Origin: Utricularia gibba
Lineage: Eukaryota > Plantae > Magnoliophyta
Direction: 5' to 3'
Length of the DNA: 64,000 bases
Assembly: GCA_002189035.1 (NCBI GenBank)
Contig: NEEC01000011.1
Location: 1,550,001-1,614,000, forward strand
This document shows, in pieces, positions 1-12,100 of this stretch. Position 1 is the stretch's first letter, and each line of letters begins with the position of its first letter. The position numbers were made by a program, and so were the translations under genes. Under the pieces are notes generated by a model. The model saw only the letters and a program-made list of their open reading frames with translations. It was not told the origin of the DNA and made no database searches.

Positions 1-58
1 AATGAGTTATTTATGAATCTGAGTTCAACTCACTTGATCCATTGCTCCAGCTGCCAAC

Positions 59-981
59 CTCGTAAGACATTTCTTCCACATCCAGTCTCAAGTCCTGGTC
101 GGGATCCTCCACCCGCCCCCTGACATTTACAAATCAAGCAACCATTGATCAGAAAGTATATACTAACTACGTGCCTTCTTAGGATTTCGAGATTTTGAGA
201 ACCAAAACCTTGTGAAAGGACTAGGATTTTGTGTCTCCGCAACCCCGAACCACAAATCATCCATATTCCATAGATGGTCATAACATAATCCCCTTCCGGT
301 TAGTAGAGTTTGCGGGGCGTCATCATCTGCCAAACTTGATGTTAAATGATGCATTGCTTTTACAGATCTCAGGTACCAGAGAGTTAGAAGATTATATTAC
401 GTGTCAAACCTCACTTACCTCCTCTTCAGAGTGAGAATCAATCCCAAAAGATGATGATCGAGAGCCAGTCCCATTTCCTCTAGCCAGCTGCAGCGGGACC
501 AGTTGACTAAAAAATAGTGGTTTTTGCAGATGAAACAGGGAAAATGCAGTTCCAATTACCTTCACCCGATCGATTCTTGGAGCTGGGTTTCTGCTTATAG
601 TTGAAAAATCTGAAGAAATTCGGATTCCTGGTGAGGCACAGCTCGAGTGAGGTATATCAATCGCAGCAGTTCTTTCTCCCTTCCTCGTCGTCTTCCTCCT
701 TCGTCCCCCATTTACCTTCTCTTTAGTTCCCCACTCCGCGGCCGACCGGATAATCGCCGGCGCCGACGGGGGATGGAGGAGATGCTCTTGCAACTCATTC
801 CTTCTTTCAGCTTGAGGAACCACAATCTCTTGTTCTCACTGCGGCTATGAAACTTTGATCCCTCGTGTTTTGAGGAGATCCACAAGTGACCCATCCTGCA
901 ATTTATTTCATGGGATGTTCTTCTTCGGGGTCTGTTATGCTCATCATCATCAGCAGTAGCAGCAGCAGCAGCTCGAGGCAT
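59..981 (-). CDS. 5' part of a RING-H2 E3 ubiquitin ligase (CTL/MBR-like, At1g17970/At1g73760-type). Exons 981-560, 487-419, 326-209, 119-59; continues past the left edge. Two 1-nt frameshifts as assembled.
   Basis: GT-AG introns at 559-488, 418-327, 208-120 and a donor at 58. Spliced peptide carries SAPAIIRSAAEW (family VPAVIRSSADW), EEE|MM and DQDLRLDVEEMSYE| (family DMRLDVDNMSYE, just before the ELL..ERIG/RING part). Adding one C at the G5 run 768-772 and one at the G4 run ~314-317 puts all exon phases in register. The RING domain itself is outside the window. Confidence 0.72.
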
Positions 982-1872
982 GGCTGACACCAGTCCCAAA
1001 CACGAGGAGAAAGAAGGAAAATGGGAGATATGAGTCAAGCAGGAGAGACAAAGGAAAGGTAAGAAATCTTCCAAAAAGCGACAACTATCCATTTTCTTCA
1101 AGTTGCTTCATTTTACTGCCTGAACCTCTGCTCTCTCCACCATGTGGCCCTTGTTGATGCCTCTAAGCTACATTCTTTCAGCACCAATTATTTTCCCTGC
1201 ATAATTTGATTCTGTCTTCAATGCACCCGAGACCGGTGTTTCTGAAGCGGGTTCGGTTCCGGATCGGACATCTAACAAGAAATAAAATAAAACATGCGTA
1301 TGCTCACATTGGCATTTTGACAACCAAAAATGTTGAGGATATTTCATATGTAGGGCTTGATATATCACTAGAATTTGTTAAAATAATTTTATTTAAAATT
1401 AAAAATTTAACTTCATCATTAACCTCAAAAACTATCAAATTTATTTATTTTAATGATGAAATAAAAGTTATTTTAAAAAAAATTATATTATACATTTTAT
1501 ATGTTTATAAAACCATATTAAATTATTTCAATGCTATTCAATAATTTAATTTAACACTCTCATTCATCCATCATCAAATTAAGATCCTTTCTTATTTTTA
1601 ATTTACTATTCTAAAGAACTGTAGTTACCTTTTTTATTTATCGTTATTGGACTTCCCTCAATCCTATCATCGAGAACCTTAGGTATTTACAATTCCAACG
1701 ATCAGTGCTTCAGTTGTTCCGCTATGATATGCAAGTCAAACTGATTATGTGGTTGTGATTTATTAAAGTTTTTTATTTTTTAAATTAAAAAAAATCAGAT
1801 AAGCTGTTTGTTTTCATTAAGCACTGTCGAACATTTTTTATAAATTAAAAAAATGCAACGATCGCATACATT

Positions 1873-1999
1873 GCTTATTTTCACTGTACAATTTACTAAA
1901 ATGTACAACCCTGAATAAATATTATTCTGTTTATGATAAATATTTATATTGTTTAAGGATGGGCTATACATTTTAATAAACTGCACAGCGAAAATAAGT
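1873..1999. repeat. Fold-back inverted repeat (39-bp arms 1873-1911 and 1961-1999), probable MITE/TIR remnant
   Basis: Reverse complement of the left arm matches the right arm at 32/39 positions; a related degenerate copy lies near 3290-3340 (caacttattttc core). Confidence 0.65.
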
Positions 2000-4379
2000 T
2001 GAGGTTGCGAGAATTGCTTTTTCGAAATATAATTTTTTTAAAAAAAAATTTTTTTATGTAAGTAACAATACTTTTGACTATTTTTTTACAAATATTATGC
2101 AATAATGAATATAGATATAAATATCGTATAATTTCTATAATATATTTTAAAAGTAAATCTAATTTTAATGTTTTTATTAATATACACATATTTTTAAAAT
2201 TTTAATTTTTGTCTATCAATAAAATATGGTCATTTATCAAACGAGATGATTTAAAAAAAATTAATTTTACGATGGTTATTTTTTTTCAAAATAATTCAAA
2301 AAACAATCATATCATATACTCCATTCGCTCTTAAGAAAATAAGTAAATTGAAAATCTTCCCTTTTCTTTTCTTTTTTTTTAGTTAAAATTGTGGCAGCTA
2401 CTTTGTATGTACAACAGATAAAAAAAAACTTGAAATATGTTTTGATAGAAGGTGTCAACTCTTTTGAGGCAATTTATTTAATGAGTTTTTGTTTTAAATA
2501 AAATCCAAATATCTAACTCGTTTAATTCATGATTCAACTAATTACATCTTTTATCCTAAGTCATTGAATTTGGCTCGTGACCAGGGCTACCCACGTTCCG
2601 CAAAGTGTAGTGTGTGTGGTATGTCAAAAATTTGACTCTCTGGTTAAAGATAGATGCCATAAGACGTCCCCTCCTAAACCCTCAATAATTAAAAAGGCTA
2701 CTAGATAATTCTCCTACCCGAATATTGTATGATTCCCCTCTCCGCATCAAACGGGTGTAGCCATATTTTTTAATACTACGAAAAACTGCCTTTTTTTTGG
2801 GGTGTAGACGGCCGGCCCCCTCTATGCCAAAATCGCCAAGCCTTCTATCCCGTAGGTAGATCGTTGAAAACACACTTTGAAGGCCGCGAATTTGATCTCC
2901 AGAAGCCCAAAACAGTAAAACGAATACTCATTCGCGATGCATATCCGCACCGCAATACGACATCTCCCACAACCTTCAACGACAGAACAAAAACAAAGCA
3001 AATTTTAGGAAATCTATGTTGCTATGGGCATAGTTACGAGATTATTTTGAAAAATAATCATCTTGAGATCATGAAGTTTAAAAAATCTTCTTCTTAAAAG
3101 ATTTGTTTTGAAATAATCATATTTTATTAATAAATATAAATTAAATTATATCATATTGAACAACACAATGTTTTAATATTATTTTACTTAGATAAATAAT
3201 ATGTTTTTTTTATCATTTTTAATTAAAAAAATAATCCCGCACATGCGGTTTGTTTTCACCAACCGATGCCCAAAAATAAATTAAAAATAAAAAGGCAACG
3301 CTCACGGCAACAACTTATTTTCAACGTGTTGTTTGTTAAAGCAAACTACGTGTGTGAGATTTTTTTTCAAAAAAAATAAGAAAAATAAAAATATTTAATA
3401 AATAACAATTTCCTTAATTTTCTTGAGAGTATATTTTCTAGACAAGGCTTCTTATCAGGTTATTGGCTTTTTGGGGGGTGACAGGGGTGTAGGGAGCTTA
3501 GCGTACACTGGCGATGCAGGGGAGTCTTCCTTTGTCCATATTGGGCCAATGAAGGCCTTCGTTAAAGCCTGTTGAAGGGGTTTTCAAAAGTAGGCCCACT
3601 TTTAGTTCCATAATTTACGGGGATCAGGGGACACCCCTTCTAGAAGACCGTGCTTTTTATCTTTAAATATAAAAATAAAAAAATTCACTGATTACACCCT
3701 ATATAAGTAAAGAAACGTTGTAGTTATAATTATGTGGAATCAATTCTATTATGATAGAATTGTTTTTGTTTTTCAAAATTATATCAATTTTACAAGAATT
3801 GAATTTTAAGAATCAATTCAATTTTATGAGAATCATGATATAATAACTTTTTTATGAGATTTAATTTTTTTAAAATAATTTTTTTAAAATAATTTTAATA
3901 TTAAAATTGCATTTATATTTATTTTGTTTTATAAATAATTATAATTAATACTATTATAAATTCTGTAATTATTTTAGTTTTTAAGATATAATTTAATATA
4001 AATATATTTAAATTAAATTAATATAATAAAATATAATTTAAAAGTATATAATTTATAAAACATAATTTATAAATTTATAAAATATAATTATTAATAAATA
4101 TGATTAAATATATTATTTAATTATTAAAATTAATTCTCATTTTTTTATACTTTAAATATGAGTTTATTTTATAATGCTTGTTTTAAAAAGCAATTTTAAA
4201 CATATACTAATTCTTATTTTATTAGAATTTTTAATTATACTAAAATCAATATTAAATTGATTTTTAAAACGTGTTTATTGGTATAAAGTGTTGTTCGACC
4301 ACCTGTTATTATTTTACATGTATAAATCTAACTACTGCATCTACATATAGAAACCTATGATTGGATCCGAATAGGAAAC

Positions 4380-5417
4380 CTATGCAAATAAAAACTGTTT
4401 CACGATCTCTACGCTAGGCTCTACTACCTCCTTTTCCCAAACCTCGCCGGTCCCCTTGCCCTCAAGTTTCGCCTTCATTGCCGCCGTGCCCTCGACCCTT
4501 TTCACATCCCAACCGGCGGCGTCGCGGAGGAGCAGAATCTTAGCCCGTTGACGCGCCGCTAGTCGACAACTGTTATCCTTAATTGCTTTGACAGCCTCTT
4601 CGTATTCACTTCTCTTGACCTGGTTGTCGAGGCGCCAGTTCCCCTGAAACTTATCGAAGTAACTTCGGAATTCCGGCACTCCAATCGCCATGTTTAAGCC
4701 TCGCTCGCTCCGGCGGCGATCTTTATCCGCCATGTACTCGCCGAGTTCCTCAAACATCCCCGAGTCCAGCATGTCGTCGACGCGTTTCTCCAAGTATTCG
4801 TTTAGTGCTTCAGGGGAAACGTCGATGTAGATGAAGCAGCAATCGAATTGGAGCTCCCGGGAGAACATTGAAGCCGATTTGAAAACGTCTATTCCGGGGT
4901 TGTAATCCCGAGCTAATAAGGCGTAGACAAACGAGTTGGAACCTCCGGCGATAATCGGCATGCTCCGTTGAGATAGAATCTTCGAAATTTTCTCTGCTGC
5001 GGCGGTGCGGAAATCGGAAGGAGTGAATTCCGGGTGATCCTCCGAGGAATCAAACTCGCCGATGAGGTGATGGGGGACGTTGTTCCTTTCGGGAACCGGG
5101 ATTTTGTTGGTCGTGATATCGAGGCCTCTGTAAGCCTGAATTTTATCTGAATTGATAATCTCCGAAGGCGAGAAGAATCTCGACGCTAGTTCCACGGAGA
5201 GTTTCGATTTTCCACAGCCAGTCGGTCCCATTACCACCACCACCTTCTTCTTTTCCCCGGCCGCGGTGACAGCCGAAACGGCGAGACGTTTCCCCCACCG
5301 GCAGGATGATCTTTTCGGCGCCCTGAAGAGGAGATCCCCTCGAGCTTCCTTACACAAGCGATGATGAACACCCCCACCACCTCCCCGGGGGAAGTACGCT
5401 GAGGCAAGCCCCTCCAT
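4380..5417 (-). CDS. IPT: Adenylate isopentenyltransferase (cytokinin synthase), IPT1/6/8-like, intronless, 345 aa, probable plastid transit peptide
   Basis: Intact ORF with P-loop GPTGCGKSKLS, EIINSDKIQ.YRGLDITTNK, PHHLIGEF, IIAGGSNSF, RVDDMLDSGMFEEL and AIGVPEF. True ATG at 5417 (the track starts one codon earlier on TTG). Confidence 0.97.
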   Translation of the reverse strand: MEGLASAYFPRGGGGGVHHRLCKEARGDLLFRAPKRSSCRWGKRLAVSAVTAAGEKKKVVVVMGPTGCGKSKLSVELASRFFSPSEIINSDKIQAYRGLDITTNKIPVPERNNVPHHLIGEFDSSEDHPEFTPSDFRTAAAEKISKILSQRSMPIIAGGSNSFVYALLARDYNPGIDVFKSASMFSRELQFDCCFIYIDVSPEALNEYLEKRVDDMLDSGMFEELGEYMADKDRRRSERGLNMAIGVPEFRSYFDKFQGNWRLDNQVKRSEYEEAVKAIKDNSCRLAARQRAKILLLRDAAGWDVKRVEGTAAMKAKLEGKGTGEVWEKEVVEPSVEIVKQFLFA

Positions 5418-6774
5418 CAATCAGGATGACACGACACTTTCGGGCAGTCGAAAATGCTCTATCGTCCTAGAGCTCGACAAGAGTTAGCTGATTTTGAATT
5501 GGAGTAGAGTGTGGATTCCTCTAAATATATATATGGATCTTCGGTTGCAAGTGGAGTGGACTTTTGCAGAATTCATCACCCTATACGTAGATAAGCATTG
5601 AATAACATTGAAATTGAACATGCTTTTCATCCATGCTGTTAAAAAGCTGCACTCCCTTCGGGGGAAACACACCAAAGCAAAAGCGCCTCCATAAGTTCAA
5701 GAATCATGCCAGTTACAGACAGCAATAGTAATTTCTACATAAAAAGAAGGAAATGAAATCATCCTCTCAACACAAAGCAGACGTAAGGGGTTTTGAAGTT
5801 TTGAACTCTGGTCTTTGAGGATCTGAAACAGCATCAGAATGTGCATTTTTTAATAAGAAGTGTAACCTGAAATTGGCTTGAAAAATGGAGAAATTTGACT
5901 TTACAAACCTGGGGTATTTATTAATACACTAAAAGGGGTTTACATCTCCCTCATACTTTCAGGGTTTAGTCATCCCATGGATTTTAATGTACTTAGTTTT
6001 TTAAATCAAGTCAAAGAATAAATAAATGTTTTGAAGTGTGAAGTCATCACATTAGCTTTCCTTTTCTTTAAATGATGCACATTGCATTGCATGGATTCAA
6101 TAGGTTCTCAATTTAGCTCTTTGTCCCCAATGCATTTCGTCGCGTACCATTAAACCTATTTCTACAGTTCATGAGAATGAGAAAGCATGCTGCACGTAGT
6201 GTAATTATTCGGGGCTTTTGTGCAGATGATCTGATACTGAACCCCAACAATAACTACTTTAAGCGACATAATGTTGGATTTGAATGCATGGGTATTGCTT
6301 CTAAAACAGTAGATCGAATTGAGGCCATGTGCAACCAGTAGTAAAACATAAACTGTGTTTTAAAATTTTTTTAGATGTTCATGATAATTATGTTTTTACC
6401 AAAAATAATTTTATACAAAATACTTTTTAATTTTATTTCTATTTTTTATAAAAAAAATTTTGGATGTAATTAAAAATGAGTAAGAAGTAGAAATAATAAA
6501 ACACCTACTTCTAGTTCTCATTTCTAAATTTGCAATCAGATTCTCGAAAATATTTTTCACCCTCACACTTCTGATCTCATTATGCACTTTATTATTAATT
6601 ACTATTTTTATTGCTAAAACATAATTTTTCTAGAACACTATTATACTTAAAAAATATTTTTCGATCTATTTCTGCAATTTTCCTAAAATGCATTATTTCT
6701 ATAAAAAATCTACTTCTAATTTTTATTTTTTCAAAAGTAAAAACAACATTCAAAAATTTTGGATAATAATACTA

Positions 6775-6896
6775 TAGTGTAGACTAAAAGGGGGTCATTT
6801 TTTTTTCTTTGAATTATTCATAAAAAATATTATTATTAATTTTGACTTCATTAAGGGGGGCCATGACCTCCTTTGGTACCCTATGTTCCGCCCTTG
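6775..6896. mobile_element. Possible degenerate hAT-type MITE remnant
   Basis: Right end aggggggccatgacctcc...tgttccgcccttg resembles the GGGGGCCATGGCCCCC...TCCGCCCCTG ends of common dicot hAT MITEs; left end poorly preserved and no TSD found. Confidence 0.3.
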
Positions 6897-8194
6897 TCTA
6901 ACTCTCAATGCATGAGAAGCTGATTACTAGATAAATTGCATGCATTCAGCTTTACCTTTGAGGCAATTGCATGTTATAGAATGCCACACACTCCAATATG
7001 ATATCAAAATTCATGTGTTAGATGAGTCTTCTTAATTTTTAATTCTTTTTTATCTATTCTAAACACAATTATAAAAACCAATCATTATTAAAACATATAC
7101 TTATAATACCTATTCACCTAAATATAATATAATTTAAATACACTATTAATTAAAGAAATATTTAAATAAACTCAACATGTGTGTGGGCATCCTTTTAAAA
7201 ATCGTGGGGACAAGACGAGTACTGTTTTATAGGCATGTGTTACTCACACAAAACATGTCCCGCGTACACGAAATTTAGACAGAAGATTTGTGCGTCGCAC
7301 CGGATTGCCGTTGACTAGGGATCCATAGTCCACCCAGTGGCTGACGCCGGCGTCATATTCATCCTGAATTTATTAATGGCGGCAACGAAACACAGTCTAT
7401 GCTACTCAAGGGTTTTACTTTAACCTTAAAATACACTTCATCGGGAAGACTTCTGCCACATTATTATTATTATTATTACAACAAGTCGCCGCCTTTGTCA
7501 TGATCGAATGAGCCCATGTAACACCTGTTGCGGAATCCAGGAGCTTAGACTTGAACCATTCAACTTTGAAGTGTATGTAATCGATCGAAATGAGTCGAAG
7601 CTATTACAACAATTAATTCTATATCAAATTTGAAAATTGAAATAATCAAGTATACAAGAAATTACAGATCATTATTAATCAGTTGGATGTAATATCTTTT
7701 GATGTGATATTTATTTATTATGTATATGAGTTTAACGTATAATCGTCCGATCCATTAGATACTTAGTTTCAACAAAAGCATGTGGAATAATGTAATTTTT
7801 AGAATCGATTTGTACAGTATAAATTAACCAGTGGTAACGCTATAATAGCCATATTCAGATCTCATGTTTATTTTATTTTGAACGAAGTCTGTTACTACAC
7901 CATCCTTTCAAAATAATTTGAAAAAACTCTAGCTACTACATTTTCACATGGCATAAGCTCTCACCTGTCATAAATTAAATTCTTTACGGTTTGAAGTTAT
8001 TACTCTCTCTTCGCCATACATAAAAAATAATCTTTCTCAACAGTCATCTTTTCCAATTAATACTTTTTGCATCTCGATTGTATCTCATGAAGAGATGTAT
8101 GAAGGATGTCGTGAAGCATGGATAGATTCGTGTCCGAACTTGTGCTTGCAGGATCTACTCATAACATTATTGAGTGTGTCCTCTTTTCTCGTAG

Positions 8195-8241
8195 GTAATT
8201 ATTTGTGTGACAATGGTTATACCAATTCTGACGGGTTTCTA
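8195..8241 (+). mobile_element. PIF/Harbinger transposase fragment (DDE region)
   Basis: After a pyrimidine-rich acceptor (ctcttttctcgtag at 8181-8194) the frame reads GNYLCDNGYTNSDGFL, matching the remembered PIF motif G.YYL.D.GY.N..GFL.PYRG; similarity is lost right after. Confidence 0.55.
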
Positions 8242-8754
8242 AGAAATTATAACAAGCTTGACAAAGGAGCAGGAGCTGCAATATTTGATTTATCGAATGT
8301 CTATGCATCACCAGGTCTTTCAGGATTAAACCCTTGGGTAGTAAACACAGAGGAGAAAGTGGGGGAATTTGGGTTAATGGGAGTTATAAGAAACCTGGAG
8401 GCAAGGTTAGGGTAAATTTTAATTAACTAAGGGTAAACACACGCGGTAAATTAAATTAATTTTGACATCTAGGCCATGCAAACTTTACTGCATCACCTCA
8501 TCTCAAGGCACCATCTTCATTTGACTGACTTTGGCTGGTAGGTTTGAATATTTGACGTAGGGAAGACCCGAGCCCGTCTTCCAATTAATTAAGAATTTAA
8601 TTTATATTAAAAAATGGGCTGACTTTTGCTACTCGAACACGTCGCCCCCAGGTCAGAAAAGTCAAACCAGATAGAACTATTTTCAGCTTTCTTGGCAACA
8701 ACATTCCACGTGTAAGAAAATCCTAGAATCTCACTCCTCTAAAGTATGTGCAAG

Positions 8755-9135
8755 GGCCTCTCGAAATAGAAGAAATTGTAAAATGAATTAAGAAAATTCA
8801 GTAATTATTATTATTTTTAATTTTTAAGGAATATAATTTTTAATTCCTTTATAATAAAATTAGAAATTTAGATTCTGTAAGTAATTTTAAAAAAATATTA
8901 AATCTCTGCTTTAGAGACTAATTAGAGAGAATTATATTATTCACTTTTTATCTATTCTAATATATTTATATTATGATATTAAATTATATAATAATATGAT
9001 ATATTAAATTTTATAGTATACTATTAAATTTTGTAATATAATTTTATGTTATCATATAAAAAAGTTTTACAATATCAAAATGATTTTATTCACATAATAT
9101 TAAAACTAATTTTATTTTACAAAATCTAAAGCAAA
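8755..9135. mobile_element. Degenerate relative of the Tourist-like MITE at 43148-43536
   Basis: Shares internal blocks attatattatt(c/t)acttttt atctattctaat and taatataattttatgttatc with 43320-43435; starts with gggcctc (degenerate TIR). Boundaries approximate. Confidence 0.45.
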
Positions 9136-12100
9136 GCTTTAAATTATAGAACAGCCATTGTATCGAAGAAAAACCAAAAAATTTCGATTTAATATTCGAC
9201 TCCAATTTCCTATGGCAATTCGGGCCTCTGAAATGGGCTTTCTGTGGTCGAAGAAACATGTAATGGTCCATGAACATTGAACCGCAACATAAGTAGAAAT
9301 TATGGCATATTTATTAGTGGAAATGCAGTTTATTTTGTGCAAGATCATCATTCTTATTAAATATTCAGAGTATGAAGGTGATTGTGTAATGATTATAAAG
9401 GAATCATGTAAATGCTAAAAATACCTGAAAATGTGTACAGAATAAGAATAAAAAACGGATTCTAAAAAAACATTTTACATTATATTCTTGATTATTAATG
9501 ATTAAAGTTTACACACGACAACGCCATAAAAATATAAAGCGGGTGCAATAGACTTGAATGAGAAACTTAATTTTTAATTATTATAGAGGATTCTTCGTAT
9601 TTTTATAAAAAATCATGTCATAATTTTATGATATTGTCTATTTCTTACAGTCAATATTCACGATTTTATATTATTTTATTTGAAAAAAAACACACACAAA
9701 ATTTATATAGTCACTCTAATTAATTTCGTCATATTCCTTATCTGTAATTGATTTGGAATTGAGCTAAATTGATTCTACCACCCTTCCTTATCCAGGGACT
9801 TACAATTTTTAAGAACTTTAGATTTTACATGAAACTGCTCTATCTTATTTTACATTAATTTTCTCTACTCGCATTGGAATTGTATGCAAAATAAATGACG
9901 TAAACTTTACAATTAATGAAACAAATTTGATATATTTTAAATTGTACGTGAAATTCTCACCTTTTTCCCCAAACGTAAATTTAATTTTCTTGTACCACTT
10001 TAATGTTGTCTGCACATTTGATGATTTGAATAACCTCGACATATGCTATTGATGATGCATCATTTTTTTCCAGTTGGCAGAGGGTTACAAAAACTATAGT
10101 TTAATTTTACTGCATGTTATCAGGCACGTGAACGTGACGAATACAATTAAGATGTTCACATTTTCCGATGCAGACAGTGGCGTGGTGCGGACACACTTTC
10201 AGGATCGGAGCACTGAATGCTCCACGGCGGCAGTAAACTTTTCCGGCCGTTCAAACATCTCGCAGGGATCGTCATTTGCCACGTACAGTTACACTTGGCA
10301 TCAATCAATATTGAGATATAAAGCTTCAGAAAGTAGATCAGGAATTTATCCTGGAATCTCATCGATCCACACACAGGATGATAGACGATTCCAGTGAAAT
10401 GAGCAATACAAGTACCAAACGTTGTTGAAGGAAGGCATGTGATGTCCACGAGAAGATGAATATTTTACTTTGGATATTCAGCGTGCCCACGCCGAATTTA
10501 AATGTCTGAAACAATTTTATATTCATGACCAAAGAAAAAAATAAGTTATCTGGAAACTGTGACGTGAGTCAGTGTTTTGATTCATTGAAGCATCAAGAAG
10601 GGGGAAACAGTTTTAACCGAGTTACCAGAGTAGGACACTTGCTTTTACCACTTGGCAGATGACATAAATTTGATGCTTGAATGGTTTGAATATGTGGGTG
10701 AAGTACTAAACTCATCTGAGAAATTTATATACTTTGATCGCATGCAGAAAGTTAGTCTTCCATTCTTCTAAGCTTCGGGTTCGGGGCTAGTTTGATGAAC
10801 AAAGTTGGAGATCGTCGCTCTTTCGCCCTGCCTGAACTTTGTACTTAGTCCCTGTATGTAAAGTGCTACACAAGAAAAGTAAAAAAAAAAAAAAAAAATC
10901 AAGGAGAAGAATACATTAAGTAGAATAATCACATAGATATCAAATGAGATATTCTTTTGAGTACCAGCTTCATTCCTTAATATGAACTTGAAAATTCAAT
11001 AGGTTTAGTCTATAGTAATTTTAGAAAGAATTATTTATTAGAAAAGTGTAGCTAGAGATGAAGAGAAAGTAAAATTATGAGCAGTTTAGTTAAAATAATA
11101 CAAAGGGGTATGGGTAGATAGGTATCAAATTGTCATTTATAAGCATTCGTTTTAAATGTGATTTGTGCATGTTTAAAAGTGTCAAGATCTTGGGTTTTTA
11201 CCAAAGTTTGACTTTTGGACATATGGTGTGCGGACAAGGTAGCAAGAAAACATCCCATTAGTCACCTAGGAGTCCTTGAAATCAGATTTCAGCATAAGCA
11301 GCATAAACAAAAGGCACAGAAATGATATGAAAAGCAATTGAAAGCAGATGGGAAAGAAAATGATTTCTACATAAGAAAAGGGGAGTCGTGTCTTGAAGAA
11401 AGGAGGGGGGATACAATTTTAGTTAAGAAAACCAGAGTCGTGAATGAAAGTTGTGTTGGATCCAGTCCCAACAAAGCTTTTCCCATCACTGGTTTTGCAG
11501 TTTTATGGACGGACAGTGATTTCTGTGTACTTGACACGCACTGGTGGATCACCGTTTCGCACTCTCGTTTCTCGTTGCATCTCTACCTTCGATTTCTGAA
11601 TTCCTTCTTCTTCAACCATCAAGGATCAACACCTTGTCTGGATAAAATTAAAGTGAAATATTCAAAATATATGAAAAATTATTGATTATTAGTAATTGTT
11701 TATATCTAATTTTTACTATTATAATTCATGTTTATTATATATTTAGACTTCATGTATGCTTGTCCATTTCATATATGTTCACTCGACCAATCAAATTCTT
11801 AATTGTGACAAAAATTATATAATTTAAAGCTGAACTTGTTCTTTTAATCTATCATTCTTCTTGTGGGTGCCAATCACAAGCGAACCAAGTTACACAACAA
11901 TTGCCATTGAAAACTCAATTTTCTCTGCATGTCTTTTCTTGCTTTTGCATATGTTCTGTGTAAGATAACATACATATCTTGTTGATTTGCATATCTTCTA
12001 TGTGTATAGTTTTCATCACAAACCAACAGTTTATGTTTCTTGAATGCATCTACTTACGAAATAATTTTCAGGCTCCATGTGAATCAACCCCGACTTCCAA

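Noticed and set aside
231-434. Plus-strand ORF with faint copia gag-like look (ELEDYIT)
   Set aside because: It is the antisense shadow of exons and introns of the RING gene, whose minus-strand splice sites and motifs explain the region.
3237-3248. CCGCA-CA-TGCGG hairpin resembling a Helitron 3' end
   Set aside because: No CTRR terminus at the expected distance and no 5' TC end identified.
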